Below are positions 8,404-17,276 of a DNA stretch of 32,000 nt, piece by piece. The stretch is from NCBI RefSeq assembly GCF_000148385.1, contig NC_014537.1, forward strand, positions 960,001-992,000, given 5' to 3'. The position numbers were made by a program, and so were the translations under genes. The notes beneath the pieces are model-generated. The model was not told the origin of the DNA. It saw only the letters and a list, made by a program, of their open reading frames with translations, and made no database searches. Source of the stretch: Vulcanisaeta distributa DSM 14429 (lineage in GTDB: Archaea; Thermoproteota; Thermoprotei; Thermoproteales; Thermocladiaceae). Positions within the stretch are counted from its first letter, which is position 1; every line of letters begins with the position of its first letter.

Positions 8404-9135
8404 ATGAGTAATTACGAAGTCTTCACCGGGATTTGTGAACGCATTAATTGCCCGAGAAGCTATGTGGGCTTAATACTAGGTGAATTATCGGACTTAGGCG
8501 TTACCGAGATTCTCAGCGATGGCGCTGTTGAGTTTATGGGATTTAGGTTGTTGGGTAAGGGTCAAAATAGTTTTGTATTTAAGTGTCGTGTCGGTAATGA
8601 GTATTACGCCTGCAAGATTAGGCGTTTTGACTCATCAAGACCGAACTTAGTGAATGAGGGTAATTACCTGAGGCTTGCGAATTCCGTGGGTGTGGGGCCG
8701 AGGCTTATTAAGTATGCAAACGACGTATTGATTATGGAATTAATAAGTGGTGTACCTATACAGAGGTACGTAATTACGGCAGGCCCGATGGAATTAAGGA
8801 TGGTTCTTAAGGACTTACTTTGGCAATGCCGTAGGTTAGACTCCATAGGCCTTGCCCATAATGAGTTGAGTAGGCCTGAGGATCACGTAATCATTAGCAA
8901 TGGTAGGGCGTTCATAATAGATTTCGAAAGCGCCAGCTTAAATAGCAGGATTAGTAATGTTGCCCAGGTGCTGAATGCGTTGATAATGGGTAGGGGTTTT
9001 ATTCAGGATCGTGTTAGGGCGATTATGGGTATGAGTATTGACCTAAATTATTTACGTAGCGTCATTAAGAGGTATAAGGTTACGAGGAGTGATGAGGACT
9101 TTACACAAATACTAAGGTTACTTGGCCTTGAGTAA
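8404..9135 (+). CDS. RIO/Bud32-like small protein kinase with an atypical catalytic loop
   Basis: Gly-rich loop LGKGQNSFVFKC, Lys motif YACKIRR, catalytic-loop region LAHNELSRPEDHVII and metal-binding region FIIDFESAS. Confidence 0.7.
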   Translation: MSNYEVFTGICERINCPRSYVGLILGELSDLGVTEILSDGAVEFMGFRLLGKGQNSFVFKCRVGNEYYACKIRRFDSSRPNLVNEGNYLRLANSVGVGPRLIKYANDVLIMELISGVPIQRYVITAGPMELRMVLKDLLWQCRRLDSIGLAHNELSRPEDHVIISNGRAFIIDFESASLNSRISNVAQVLNALIMGRGFIQDRVRAIMGMSIDLNYLRSVIKRYKVTRSDEDFTQILRLLGLE

Positions 9136-9639
9136 TTCCTGGGCTAGGTTCCATATTTTATCTCCAAGGTGATGAATAACCTTTATGACCTTACCCTTAC
9201 TCGTACTCCTCATCTCATCGGCGGTCATGAGGGATACCCCAATGGCTATGTACCTACCCTTAAGATCCTTAATTAGCAATACATCACCCACGCCAAAGTT
9301 ACCGCTTATTTCCTTAATGCCTGGTCTCATCACATCGGCTCCATTGACTATGTGCGGTACTGCACCGTCATCAACAGTCACGGTTGGGTAACTCGGTATG
9401 TATGGTGGATTGAGGTAGAAGTACGTTAATAATGGTATTATGTACTCCCTTTGTCCTGAGTCAACCTTTACCGTTAGCTTCGCTACCAATGGCTTATCAT
9501 CAACCAAGTACACTGTCGTTATTTCATTAAGCTCATAAACCTCAACCTTCTTGGCACTCCTGAATACTGGTCCCAATTCGCCAACTGCATTGCTTAATTC
9601 CTTAATGTCCTTATTGCTAAGGAAGTATCTCTTAACCAC
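9118..9639 (-). CDS. PUA-domain RNA-binding protein (MCT-1/Tma20-like)
   Basis: GTG start about 27 nt from a TATA-like element. C-terminal PUA signature VDDGAVPHIVNGADVMRPGI...GDVLLIKD...YIAIGVSLM. Confidence 0.85.
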   Translation of the reverse strand: MVKRYFLSNKDIKELSNAVGELGPVFRSAKKVEVYELNEITTVYLVDDKPLVAKLTVKVDSGQREYIIPLLTYFYLNPPYIPSYPTVTVDDGAVPHIVNGADVMRPGIKEISGNFGVGDVLLIKDLKGRYIAIGVSLMTADEMRSTSKGKVIKVIHHLGDKIWNLAQELLKAK

Positions 9640-9720
9640 AGTAATTATTTGCAGGGCTCATTAATAAGTATTTAGTACGTAACTCAATATTTAATAGGCA
9701 GGTATTTAGCACTTATTATT

Positions 9721-10059
9721 GTGTCCACCGAGACAATAACAAGGGCTGAGTTTGAAAAAGTGGTGCTTAAGGTTGGTAAGGTAATACATGCGGAGAGGGT
9801 TCAGGGTTCGAGGAAGTTGTTAAGGCTTATTGTTGATATTGGTGACGAGAGGAGACAAATAATCACGGGACTCGCCGAGTTTTATAAGCCCGAGGACTTA
9901 ATTAATAAGTACGTGGTCGTTGTCGCGAATTTAGAGAGTAGGAAGATCTTTGGTTATGAGAGTCAGGGAATGATACTGGCATCGTGCGATGAGAAGAACC
10001 CGACAATAATAACGATTGATAAACCACAGGATGAGCAGATAGGTAAGAGAGTTTGCTAA
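9721..10059 (+). CDS. tRNA-binding domain protein (Trbp111/CsaA/MetRS-C-terminal-like)
   Basis: VLKVGKVIHAERVQGSRKLLRLIVDIGDERRQIITGLAEFYKPEDLINKYVVVVANLESRKIFGYESQGMILA is the OB-fold tRNA-binding (EMAP/Myf) domain. The GTG start lies about 27 nt from the TATA-like ATATTTAATA. Confidence 0.85.
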   Translation: MSTETITRAEFEKVVLKVGKVIHAERVQGSRKLLRLIVDIGDERRQIITGLAEFYKPEDLINKYVVVVANLESRKIFGYESQGMILASCDEKNPTIITIDKPQDEQIGKRVC

Positions 10060-10100
10060 AGGTGTATTGCTTTAAATTTCCTGTTTTAAAACCGATAACG

Positions 10101-11291
10101 GTGAACATAGAGTATTACGTATTAGATAACGGACTTAGGCTATTGGTAAATAGGATTGAGTCGCCAACGGTCGGTGTGGCAATAGGCATCGGCATAGGTT
10201 CCATATATGAGAGGGAGGATTTACGAGGTATAAGCCACTTTGCCGAGCACTTAATCTACAGGGCATACCCAAACATTGACCTTGAAATAGAGGGGTTGGG
10301 CGGTGTTTCGGATGCGTACACCGAGAGAACACTCACGATGTACCTATTCGAGGTAATACCAAGTGAGCTCAGGAACTTACTGAGGCTCATTCATAAAATG
10401 TTTAGTAATAGGAGGGTGGATAGTGAGGATTTCGAGAGGGAGAGGAGGGTCATACTTTCTGAGATAAAGATGAGGAATGATGACCCAGGCACACTGATAT
10501 ATGACTTAGGGCCCAGGGCATTATTTGGGGATAGTGACTATGGCGCGCCGATCATTGGTTATGAAGAGAGCATTTCCTCAATGACGATAAAGGATCTCGA
10601 GAACTTCCTGGAATCCTACTATACACCGGATAATATGGTGATAAGCATCGTTGGTCCTTTAAGCATGTCAATAAATGAAATAATCGAACTATTCAGTAAG
10701 TGGGATGGTAAGTCAAGCAGTAAAAAGAATCCAACAATGGGTAAGGGAGGACCCATAACCATTAGAAAGCCTATTGAATCGGCTTATCTATCGTATTCCT
10801 GGCAATACAACGTAACCAATGAGGATCCATTCCTGCTATCAATCAAATCATCACTACTGGAATTCCACCTGGTGAATGGCCTTAGTTCATACTTAATGTC
10901 TAGGTTCAGGAATAAGGGCTTGACATACACAATTGATATGGATAGGGATTACCTACCAGGTACTTATTATTATCAGCTGGTGATATCTGCCATTAATGAG
11001 GAGAGTATTGATACTGTGAAGGAGGAATTAATTAATGCATTACTAAGTATTAATGATTTATTTAAGGATGAGTACTATTTAAGTAAGCGATTAAATTACC
11101 TTAAATACCTAATAAGTGATTATCTACGTAGACCACTACAGATAGCCGAGTCCATGAGTTATATGGAGCTGAAGCTCGGTAATCATGACGTTGAGGGATT
11201 CAATAGGGGACTTGAGGAGCATTTTAGGGATTCCCCGAGCAACTTAATAACTAATGGTGTATGGTCCGCGATAATTCCATCGCAATATTAG
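10101..11291 (+). CDS. M16-family (pitrilysin/insulinase-like) zinc peptidase
   Basis: Inverted zinc motif HFAEHLIYR (HxxEH) with downstream GG..DAYTERTLT. I prefer GTG 10101 (VNIEYYVLDNGLRLLV) over the track's TTG 10053 because the TATA-like CTTTAAATTT at 10070-10079 sits about 27 nt upstream. Confidence 0.85.
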   Translation: MNIEYYVLDNGLRLLVNRIESPTVGVAIGIGIGSIYEREDLRGISHFAEHLIYRAYPNIDLEIEGLGGVSDAYTERTLTMYLFEVIPSELRNLLRLIHKMFSNRRVDSEDFERERRVILSEIKMRNDDPGTLIYDLGPRALFGDSDYGAPIIGYEESISSMTIKDLENFLESYYTPDNMVISIVGPLSMSINEIIELFSKWDGKSSSKKNPTMGKGGPITIRKPIESAYLSYSWQYNVTNEDPFLLSIKSSLLEFHLVNGLSSYLMSRFRNKGLTYTIDMDRDYLPGTYYYQLVISAINEESIDTVKEELINALLSINDLFKDEYYLSKRLNYLKYLISDYLRRPLQIAESMSYMELKLGNHDVEGFNRGLEEHFRDSPSNLITNGVWSAIIPSQY

Positions 11292-11351
11292 TGTATTACG
11301 TATACGTAAACATTACGTATGCGCATCAATAAATAAAGCATTACTAGCGTA

Positions 11352-12128
11352 TTATTGTTGTACTCCCAACCGCTCCTTAACCTCCTTAAGTAATAATGTC
11401 ATTGCATCACCAGCCTTACATTGTATGAATACATCGGCGATGTAATCAAGCTCCGTGGGCTCCATATTTATGATAATGACCTTACCACCCATCTCCTTAA
11501 CAAACATTGGTATGTAAGCCGCGGGATAAACAGAGAGTGAGGAACCGATGACTAAGACCGCATCACTCATTAGCGCTAATTTCCTAGCCTTATCGAAATC
11601 CTTAACTGGCTCTCCAAATAATACGGTATCAGGCTTAAGAATGCCACCGCATTCATCGCAGAGTGGCGGTACTTGACCACCATCAATCTTCTTAATAACG
11701 ACTTCCATTGGATATACACGGCCGCATGCAATGCATACAGCCCTCTTCATTGTACCATGAAGCTCAATCACGCTTCTAGAGCCAGCGGCTTGATGGAGTC
11801 CATCAACGTTTTGGGTAATTACCGCCTTTATGATGCCCAACTTTTCGAGCTCGGCCACGGCGTAGTGCGCCCTGTTGGGCTTAGCCACGAATAGCGTGCT
11901 CATCCTCATCCTATAAAACAGCCAGAAATCCTTTGGATGCTGCAGGAAGTAATCTATTGTCGCTATTTCAGGGCTATACTGCCTCCATAATCCTTGGGGA
12001 CCTCTAAAGTCGGGGATTCCTGACTCCGTGGATATGCCGGCGCCCGTGAAGGCTATTGCGTGCTTAGCATTGATCAGTATGTCGGCAGCCCTCTTAATAT
12101 CCTCCGTGTTGCACTGTTTTTCACTCAT
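11352..12128 (-). CDS. cobB: NAD-dependent protein deacetylase, Sir2 family
   Basis: GAGISTESGIPDFRG, TQNVDGLH and a zinc ribbon CxxC...CDEC. Confidence 0.95.
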   Translation of the reverse strand: MSEKQCNTEDIKRAADILINAKHAIAFTGAGISTESGIPDFRGPQGLWRQYSPEIATIDYFLQHPKDFWLFYRMRMSTLFVAKPNRAHYAVAELEKLGIIKAVITQNVDGLHQAAGSRSVIELHGTMKRAVCIACGRVYPMEVVIKKIDGGQVPPLCDECGGILKPDTVLFGEPVKDFDKARKLALMSDAVLVIGSSLSVYPAAYIPMFVKEMGGKVIIINMEPTELDYIADVFIQCKAGDAMTLLLKEVKERLGVQQ

Positions 12129-12188
12129 AGTTAATTATATTGAGTAATTACCAGCGTTATAAGTATTAATCCTGTTAGTGACGGAGAA

Positions 12189-12196
12189 TTTAAAAT
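12189..12196 (+). promoter_or_regulatory. TATA-like element for the C/D sRNA at 12222
   Basis: TTTAAAAT is centred about 27-29 nt upstream of the C box. Confidence 0.4.
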
Positions 12197-12221
12197 TATT
12201 GTGCATAGACTTTATATTGTT

Positions 12222-12272
12222 ATGATGAGCTGACGACGGACTGAACTCACTGATGAGCGCGTTGGTGGCTGA
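12222..12272 (+). ncRNA. C/D-box sRNA (2'-O-methylation guide)
   Basis: Canonical layout: C AUGAUGA (12222-12228), 12 nt, D' CUGA (12241-12244), 5 nt, C' CUGAUGA (12250-12256), 12 nt, D CUGA (12269-12272). The D' guide GCUGACGACGG is the exact reverse complement of the conserved archaeal 16S segment CCGUCGUCAGC. Confidence 0.85.
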
Positions 12273-12831
12273 CCTCATCATATATTGCCTCAATATCGTC
12301 AATAGACCTCACCTCCACGGCATTGATCCCGTAGTGATTCCTGAGGGATTCATACGTAGGCTTATTATGCGCAATAACGTATAATGCCGAGGAGAAGGCG
12401 TATTTCTCCCAATCCCTTATTGTTAAGCTTAGTAGGCTTACACCATTACCTGACCTAATGGGCTCCGTGGAATAAGCACTGACTATGTATGGCACCTTAA
12501 GCCTTTGTGAAATCACCTTGGCAATAACCGCCGCAATCCAATCATGCGCATGCACAAAGTCTATGTCCCTGGGTATTACATAGGGTACCCTGGAGAGGAT
12601 CTCCACAAGTAGGAAGTGCATGTACGCGACGACGTCGCTGAACCACCTATCGCTCACGGTGAATATGCGCACATTGCCATCCATGTAACTACCATTAAAA
12701 TTAGCTGGGTGTACCAGGTATACCTCGTACTTACTGGATAATCGGGTAACTAAGTCCCTAACCTGGAATGCCAGTGACCCAACCACCCTATGCGGTGGGT
12801 ACTCTGTCGATATGTGCAGAACCTTAACCAC
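12247..12831 (-). CDS. GT-B glycosyltransferase, N-terminal lobe only (GT4/glycogen-synthase-like)
   Basis: MVKVLHISTEYPP..., DFVHAHDW and VPYIVSAYSTEP match the N-terminal Rossmann lobe of GT4 enzymes. The ORF stops after 194 aa with no C-terminal lobe, and only 118 nt remain before the next gene. Its last 8 codons are antisense to the sRNA. Confidence 0.6.
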   Translation of the reverse strand: MVKVLHISTEYPPHRVVGSLAFQVRDLVTRLSSKYEVYLVHPANFNGSYMDGNVRIFTVSDRWFSDVVAYMHFLLVEILSRVPYVIPRDIDFVHAHDWIAAVIAKVISQRLKVPYIVSAYSTEPIRSGNGVSLLSLTIRDWEKYAFSSALYVIAHNKPTYESLRNHYGINAVEVRSIDDIEAIYDEVSHQRAHQ

Positions 12832-12836
12832 AGAAT

Positions 12837-13121
12837 TTAACAGTAGATACTGCTTAATTTAATTATTGCAGTGGATGTTAGGTGTACGGAGTCATTGATC
12901 GTGTTAACGTAACCAAGCACCTTAAGCTTATCAACAATGCTCCTAACCTCCTCAACCCTCAAACCAACAATCCTCGCCAAATCCTCGAGCTTAACGGCCC
13001 GCTCCTTATCAATCGCAGCCAATGAATGCAGGGCCTGCATTACGGTCCTTATCTTCGACTCGTAACTCACCTCCACAAAGTATTGTGAATCAATTTTCTT
13101 CTTAATAAATTTCTCTATCAT
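12837..13121 (-). CDS. small winged-helix DNA-binding protein
   Basis: VKLEDLARIVGLRVEEVRSIVDKLKVLGYVNTI is wHTH-like. I prefer ATG 13121 (MIEKFIKK...) over the track's GTG 13157, which would leave only 20 nt to the divergent GH57 gene. Its stop is 5 nt upstream of the GT gene. Confidence 0.55.
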   Translation of the reverse strand: MIEKFIKKKIDSQYFVEVSYESKIRTVMQALHSLAAIDKERAVKLEDLARIVGLRVEEVRSIVDKLKVLGYVNTINDSVHLTSTAIIKLSSIYC

Positions 13122-13177
13122 TAATCGTAAATTGGTAATTGAAATAACAAAAAGCACTTATATAATTATTATCCGTA

Positions 13178-14941
13178 ATGAAGGCAGTGTCTATAGAGTT
13201 AACAACGAATAAAGTGCTTTACGAACCAGGCGAGGACATAACAGTCAATGTAATGGTTAGGGGATTAATGAGTAGGGAGGATATTGAATTAACGGTGATT
13301 AAGGATTCCCAGGAAATAACTAAGCGAGTCCTGCAAGCGATACCTCCGGAATCAGAGATTATGGATTACGTTAGGATAAATGACGTGGGTACCTACGAAA
13401 TAAGCGCCAGGTGCTGTGGTTCAGAGGTTAGGACCCCAGTAATGATCATTAATAGGCCAGAGACACCATTAAGGTTCGTACTGGTTTTTCACAATCACCA
13501 GCCAATCCATAAGTACCCAAGCGGTATTTATCACGGACCCTGGGCATTCCAACACACCTGGTCCCCTGAATTCTACCCAATATATGACGTAGGCCCCTAC
13601 TTACTACATGCCAGACTGGTGAATAAGTATAGGGTTTCCGTAACGTATAACCTAAGTCCAAGCCTGCTGTGGCAATGGGATGACCTACTACGTAATGGCG
13701 TGTTCATTGAGGGCGCGGATCACGTTGAGTACATAGGTCCCTGGGATTCGCGGGTGGGATTAATTAAGGAGGCGATTAATACGTATTCAAGATTAGCTAA
13801 TGAGGGTGTTATAGAGGTGCTAACGAGTTTCCTAGCTCATCCAATAGCCGGTTATTTAATTGAGAAGTTTGAGGTTTATGACCTATTACGGTGGGAGTTG
13901 AGTAGGGGGAAGGAGGTTACTAGGAGGGTTTTGGGTGTGAACGCCGTTGGTATGTGGCTTCCTGAGTTGTACTTTTCCGAGAAGTTGAGGAATATTCTCT
14001 GTGATGAGGGTATTAGGTTCATAGTCCTTGATGGTGTTTATCACCTCGGTGAGGCCATTAAGGATAGGAGTTCCATCTACAGGGTTTATAGGCACGACTG
14101 CTTAACAATACTATTTAGGGATACAGCACTTAGTGACTTACTGAGCTTTCAACTTAACAAGGCCAGTAATGCCCAGGAGGCTGATGCCAATGCCAGGAGA
14201 TTAATTATAGAGTTAATGATGAGGATTAACTACGCCAGGGATGGCGTGGTTACAATGGCCTTAGACGGGGAGAATTGGATGATATTACCAACACCAAACC
14301 CATACGCTGCCCTACTCCTTGAGAAAATAATGATGTACTTATCGCAGGCTAAGTCTGATGGTTATGTAATGCCCATTAGGCCGTCAATAATTAAGGAGTT
14401 TCACGATGAAATTAAGGAAATACCAACAACCTCATGGCTGGGCTCACCGGCTAAGTGGATTAGTGAGAGGGCAGATATACAGTCGAGGCTTTGGTCCATG
14501 GCTCAAGCCGCAATTAGTAAGTGGAGGTTGTATGAGGAGGTTTTTGGAGAGGATGAGGAATTAAGGATGTCCCTTGCAATGACGTTGGATAGTGATTATT
14601 ATTGGGCTGAATTCGTAAACGTAAACCACGTGGGTGAATGGGCGCACTCCGTAATAAGTAGGGCTGAGGATGCGCTCAACTCATTGGGGATTAGGTTTAG
14701 CCTAGAGAATGATCACCTGGAAATTACCGTCAGTAATAACTGGGTTAAGGATGCAAACCTAGTGCTTGGTATTGAAACCCCAGAAACATATCTTGAGTAT
14801 AGTATCAAGGTTCAATCAGGTTCGTCAGAGCCCATAAGAATTAATGGTTTCAATAACGTAGTAATATCATTACTATCACCAAAAACGAGGACGCAGATTA
14901 GGAAGCCCATTAAAATAGTGCGTGAGGTTACGAAACACTAA
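13178..14941 (+). CDS. GH57-family glycoside hydrolase (alpha-glucan-active) with an N-terminal Ig-like domain
   Basis: LVFHNHQP signature, WLPELYFS (nucleophile Glu region) and ALDGENW (acid/base Asp region). About 95 aa of beta-rich N-terminal extension. Confidence 0.9.
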   Translation: MKAVSIELTTNKVLYEPGEDITVNVMVRGLMSREDIELTVIKDSQEITKRVLQAIPPESEIMDYVRINDVGTYEISARCCGSEVRTPVMIINRPETPLRFVLVFHNHQPIHKYPSGIYHGPWAFQHTWSPEFYPIYDVGPYLLHARLVNKYRVSVTYNLSPSLLWQWDDLLRNGVFIEGADHVEYIGPWDSRVGLIKEAINTYSRLANEGVIEVLTSFLAHPIAGYLIEKFEVYDLLRWELSRGKEVTRRVLGVNAVGMWLPELYFSEKLRNILCDEGIRFIVLDGVYHLGEAIKDRSSIYRVYRHDCLTILFRDTALSDLLSFQLNKASNAQEADANARRLIIELMMRINYARDGVVTMALDGENWMILPTPNPYAALLLEKIMMYLSQAKSDGYVMPIRPSIIKEFHDEIKEIPTTSWLGSPAKWISERADIQSRLWSMAQAAISKWRLYEEVFGEDEELRMSLAMTLDSDYYWAEFVNVNHVGEWAHSVISRAEDALNSLGIRFSLENDHLEITVSNNWVKDANLVLGIETPETYLEYSIKVQSGSSEPIRINGFNNVVISLLSPKTRTQIRKPIKIVREVTKH

Positions 14942-16088
14942 TGATGCTTGATCCATTAATTATGTACGTGACGTCCCTGTTGGATATGCGCATCGTTATA
15001 TAGTCATAAACGTAGTCCATACTTAATCCCTCATAATCAATACGTAGGGCAATCCCCCTCATGGGCTCTCCCTCCCTTATTACGTAGCCAAAGCCCCATG
15101 ACCAAGCCCAGGAGGTGACCATCTTAAGTATCGTCTGTGAACTTAATTCACTACCCATCAATAGTCTCATAACCTTAATCTCATCCCAGGGATTAGGCTC
15201 TATCAATGCAACATTATCAGTACCAACTAGTGGTCTCAATCCCCTCCTCACCATGGCGCCCACTCTCGCCAACTTACCAACAAATTCAATATTTGACCTC
15301 GGACAAGTGACCACAGGTAATGTGGGTATTCTCGAAAAATCCTCATCACTCAACTGCGTTAAGTGCACAAACACAGTATTGCCAGTCACAAGAGTATTTA
15401 ATGCTCTGTCTAGGTCATTATCGAGGTAAGTATCCTCAGTTTCGGACACGTGCGTACTAATGGGCAACCCACGTGAGCCACCTAACCTAGAGGCAAGCCT
15501 TAATTCAGCCATTGTGTAGTTGAGTGGTGATATTAGTGATATGCCGAATCCCCTATCAACGAAGTACTTTACCTCATCCTCAAATACCTCATCAACATCC
15601 TCCTCATCATCAGGCTTAACGTAGATCCTAAACGTACTCGGCTCAGTGAGTGGCACGATACATAGACCTGCCCTCCCAGCTTCCTCAATGACCACGTCCG
15701 CGAATACCCTACCGTACTCAATAATCGTTAGTAAACAACCAACACCGTAATTCCTAATCCTACGAAACACGGTAGCCAACCCGCCCCTTAATGACTCAGG
15801 CTTTGCTCTGCGCAGGTAATAATACTTAAGGCCGTATGGCGCGCCAACCACATCATCGATATAATACTTATTGAATAAGCCCATTAGGAAGTAATCAAGC
15901 ACGTGAATATGGGCATTGGTTAATTGGGGCATTAGTAACGTGTTTCCTAAATCAACAACATTATTACTACCTGGTACCCGTCCAATACCGGTCACCTCAC
16001 CATCAGATACATCAATAACAGCATCCTTAATCGGCTGTAACTCCTCACCCACCAGCGCCATTGAGGACTTAATGCTCAATCTACGCAT
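14928..16088 (-). CDS. metal-dependent amidohydrolase (chlorohydrolase/deaminase-like)
   Basis: TNAHIHVLDY (HxH), STHVSETEDT and VGTDN are the motif series of the amidohydrolase superfamily. Confidence 0.85.
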   Translation of the reverse strand: MRRLSIKSSMALVGEELQPIKDAVIDVSDGEVTGIGRVPGSNNVVDLGNTLLMPQLTNAHIHVLDYFLMGLFNKYYIDDVVGAPYGLKYYYLRRAKPESLRGGLATVFRRIRNYGVGCLLTIIEYGRVFADVVIEEAGRAGLCIVPLTEPSTFRIYVKPDDEEDVDEVFEDEVKYFVDRGFGISLISPLNYTMAELRLASRLGGSRGLPISTHVSETEDTYLDNDLDRALNTLVTGNTVFVHLTQLSDEDFSRIPTLPVVTCPRSNIEFVGKLARVGAMVRRGLRPLVGTDNVALIEPNPWDEIKVMRLLMGSELSSQTILKMVTSWAWSWGFGYVIREGEPMRGIALRIDYEGLSMDYVYDYITMRISNRDVTYIINGSSIISVS

Positions 16089-16129
16089 TCGAGGGATGAG
16101 TTTAAGTAGTTAAATTAATGCTTTGTTTG

Positions 16130-17215
16130 ATGAAGATAGCGATTATAGGCTTGAATCCAGGCACTGCGATTTATGCACAATACATGGCTAAGGACGGGCA
16201 TGACATCACTATATTCACAGAAAGCCAGGGTGACGTAATAATCATGGATTTACTACCGCATTCCCTCCTAAACATTGTGAATAAAGAATCAATTAAGTTA
16301 TTCACTAGGAAGTATTTAGAGGACGTACTTGGGATTAATGTAATAAATGTGAGGTTAAGTTCGATAATCATCAATGGGAATAGGGTATTGATTATGAATG
16401 AAAATTATGGACGGGGAGTTGAGGGTAAATACGACAGGGTTATAATTGGTTCTGAGGCGTTACCGAGGGAGTCAGGTGATTGCGTGAGTATTTATAGGGC
16501 TGCTTTATCACCGAGTAACTACATAATTAATGGTAATGATGCAGGTAAGAACACCGAGTCATTAATGCTCGTGACGGATCTCGGTGGTCGCGCCATTACG
16601 AATTCATCGACGGCTCTTGACGATGATATTCTCAAGTCACTACCAATCAATAAGAATGTAGGGGCTGGGGAATGCGTATCCACTGATTATGACGTGGTTA
16701 AGCCATCAATAGGCATGGTTAGTGGGGGTGATTGGTTTATCGGTAGGGGATTTACATTTAGGGACTCATTGAGTGGTATTGAGTATGTGGTTAATAGGGA
16801 TTATCAATTAATCATGATGGGGAAGTTACTGGCAATGAGGGATTTGGGGATCATTGATTCATTGCCATTGATGCCGCGCCTAGAGGTTGGTCTTTCCCGT
16901 AACTGGTCGTTTCTATCCGTGGGGCTTACACGGAATGAGTTAGGTACCGTTTTCAGGGATTTATCATCGTCTAGAGTGGCTTATCACTCGGATGGGGTTG
17001 ACATAGTGGCTAAGGTTATTCATAGGGGTAATAAGTTATTGAGTCTTCAGGTGTTGGCTAGGGGCATTAAGTTGTTCAATTGGTTCTCCTCGATTTATTC
17101 CCTAATCATGCTTAACAATACGGCTTACCTATTACTTGATATGGGTTATGAAGCCGTGTTTAATACTGTTCGTGGATTACTCGAACAATTAATGCTAAAC
17201 TTATACAATATATAG
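16130..17215 (+). CDS. pyridine-nucleotide-disulfide-oxidoreductase-like protein with degenerate dinucleotide-binding motifs
   Basis: MKIAIIGLNPGTAIY replaces GxGxxG. YDRVIIGSEALPR, a second degenerate Rossmann segment IINGNDAGKNTE and a C-terminal dimerisation-like SVGLTRNELG...AKVIHRGNKLLSLQVLARG are also present. I prefer ATG 16130 to ATG 16118 (Rossmann N-terminus, TATA-like sequence at 16100-16117). Confidence 0.55.
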   Translation: MKIAIIGLNPGTAIYAQYMAKDGHDITIFTESQGDVIIMDLLPHSLLNIVNKESIKLFTRKYLEDVLGINVINVRLSSIIINGNRVLIMNENYGRGVEGKYDRVIIGSEALPRESGDCVSIYRAALSPSNYIINGNDAGKNTESLMLVTDLGGRAITNSSTALDDDILKSLPINKNVGAGECVSTDYDVVKPSIGMVSGGDWFIGRGFTFRDSLSGIEYVVNRDYQLIMMGKLLAMRDLGIIDSLPLMPRLEVGLSRNWSFLSVGLTRNELGTVFRDLSSSRVAYHSDGVDIVAKVIHRGNKLLSLQVLARGIKLFNWFSSIYSLIMLNNTAYLLLDMGYEAVFNTVRGLLEQLMLNLYNI

Positions 17216-17276
17216 GTTGTTATGGCTAATAAGTTAGTAAATAAGCTTTATTAATGACCCAACCGAGTAATAGTCA

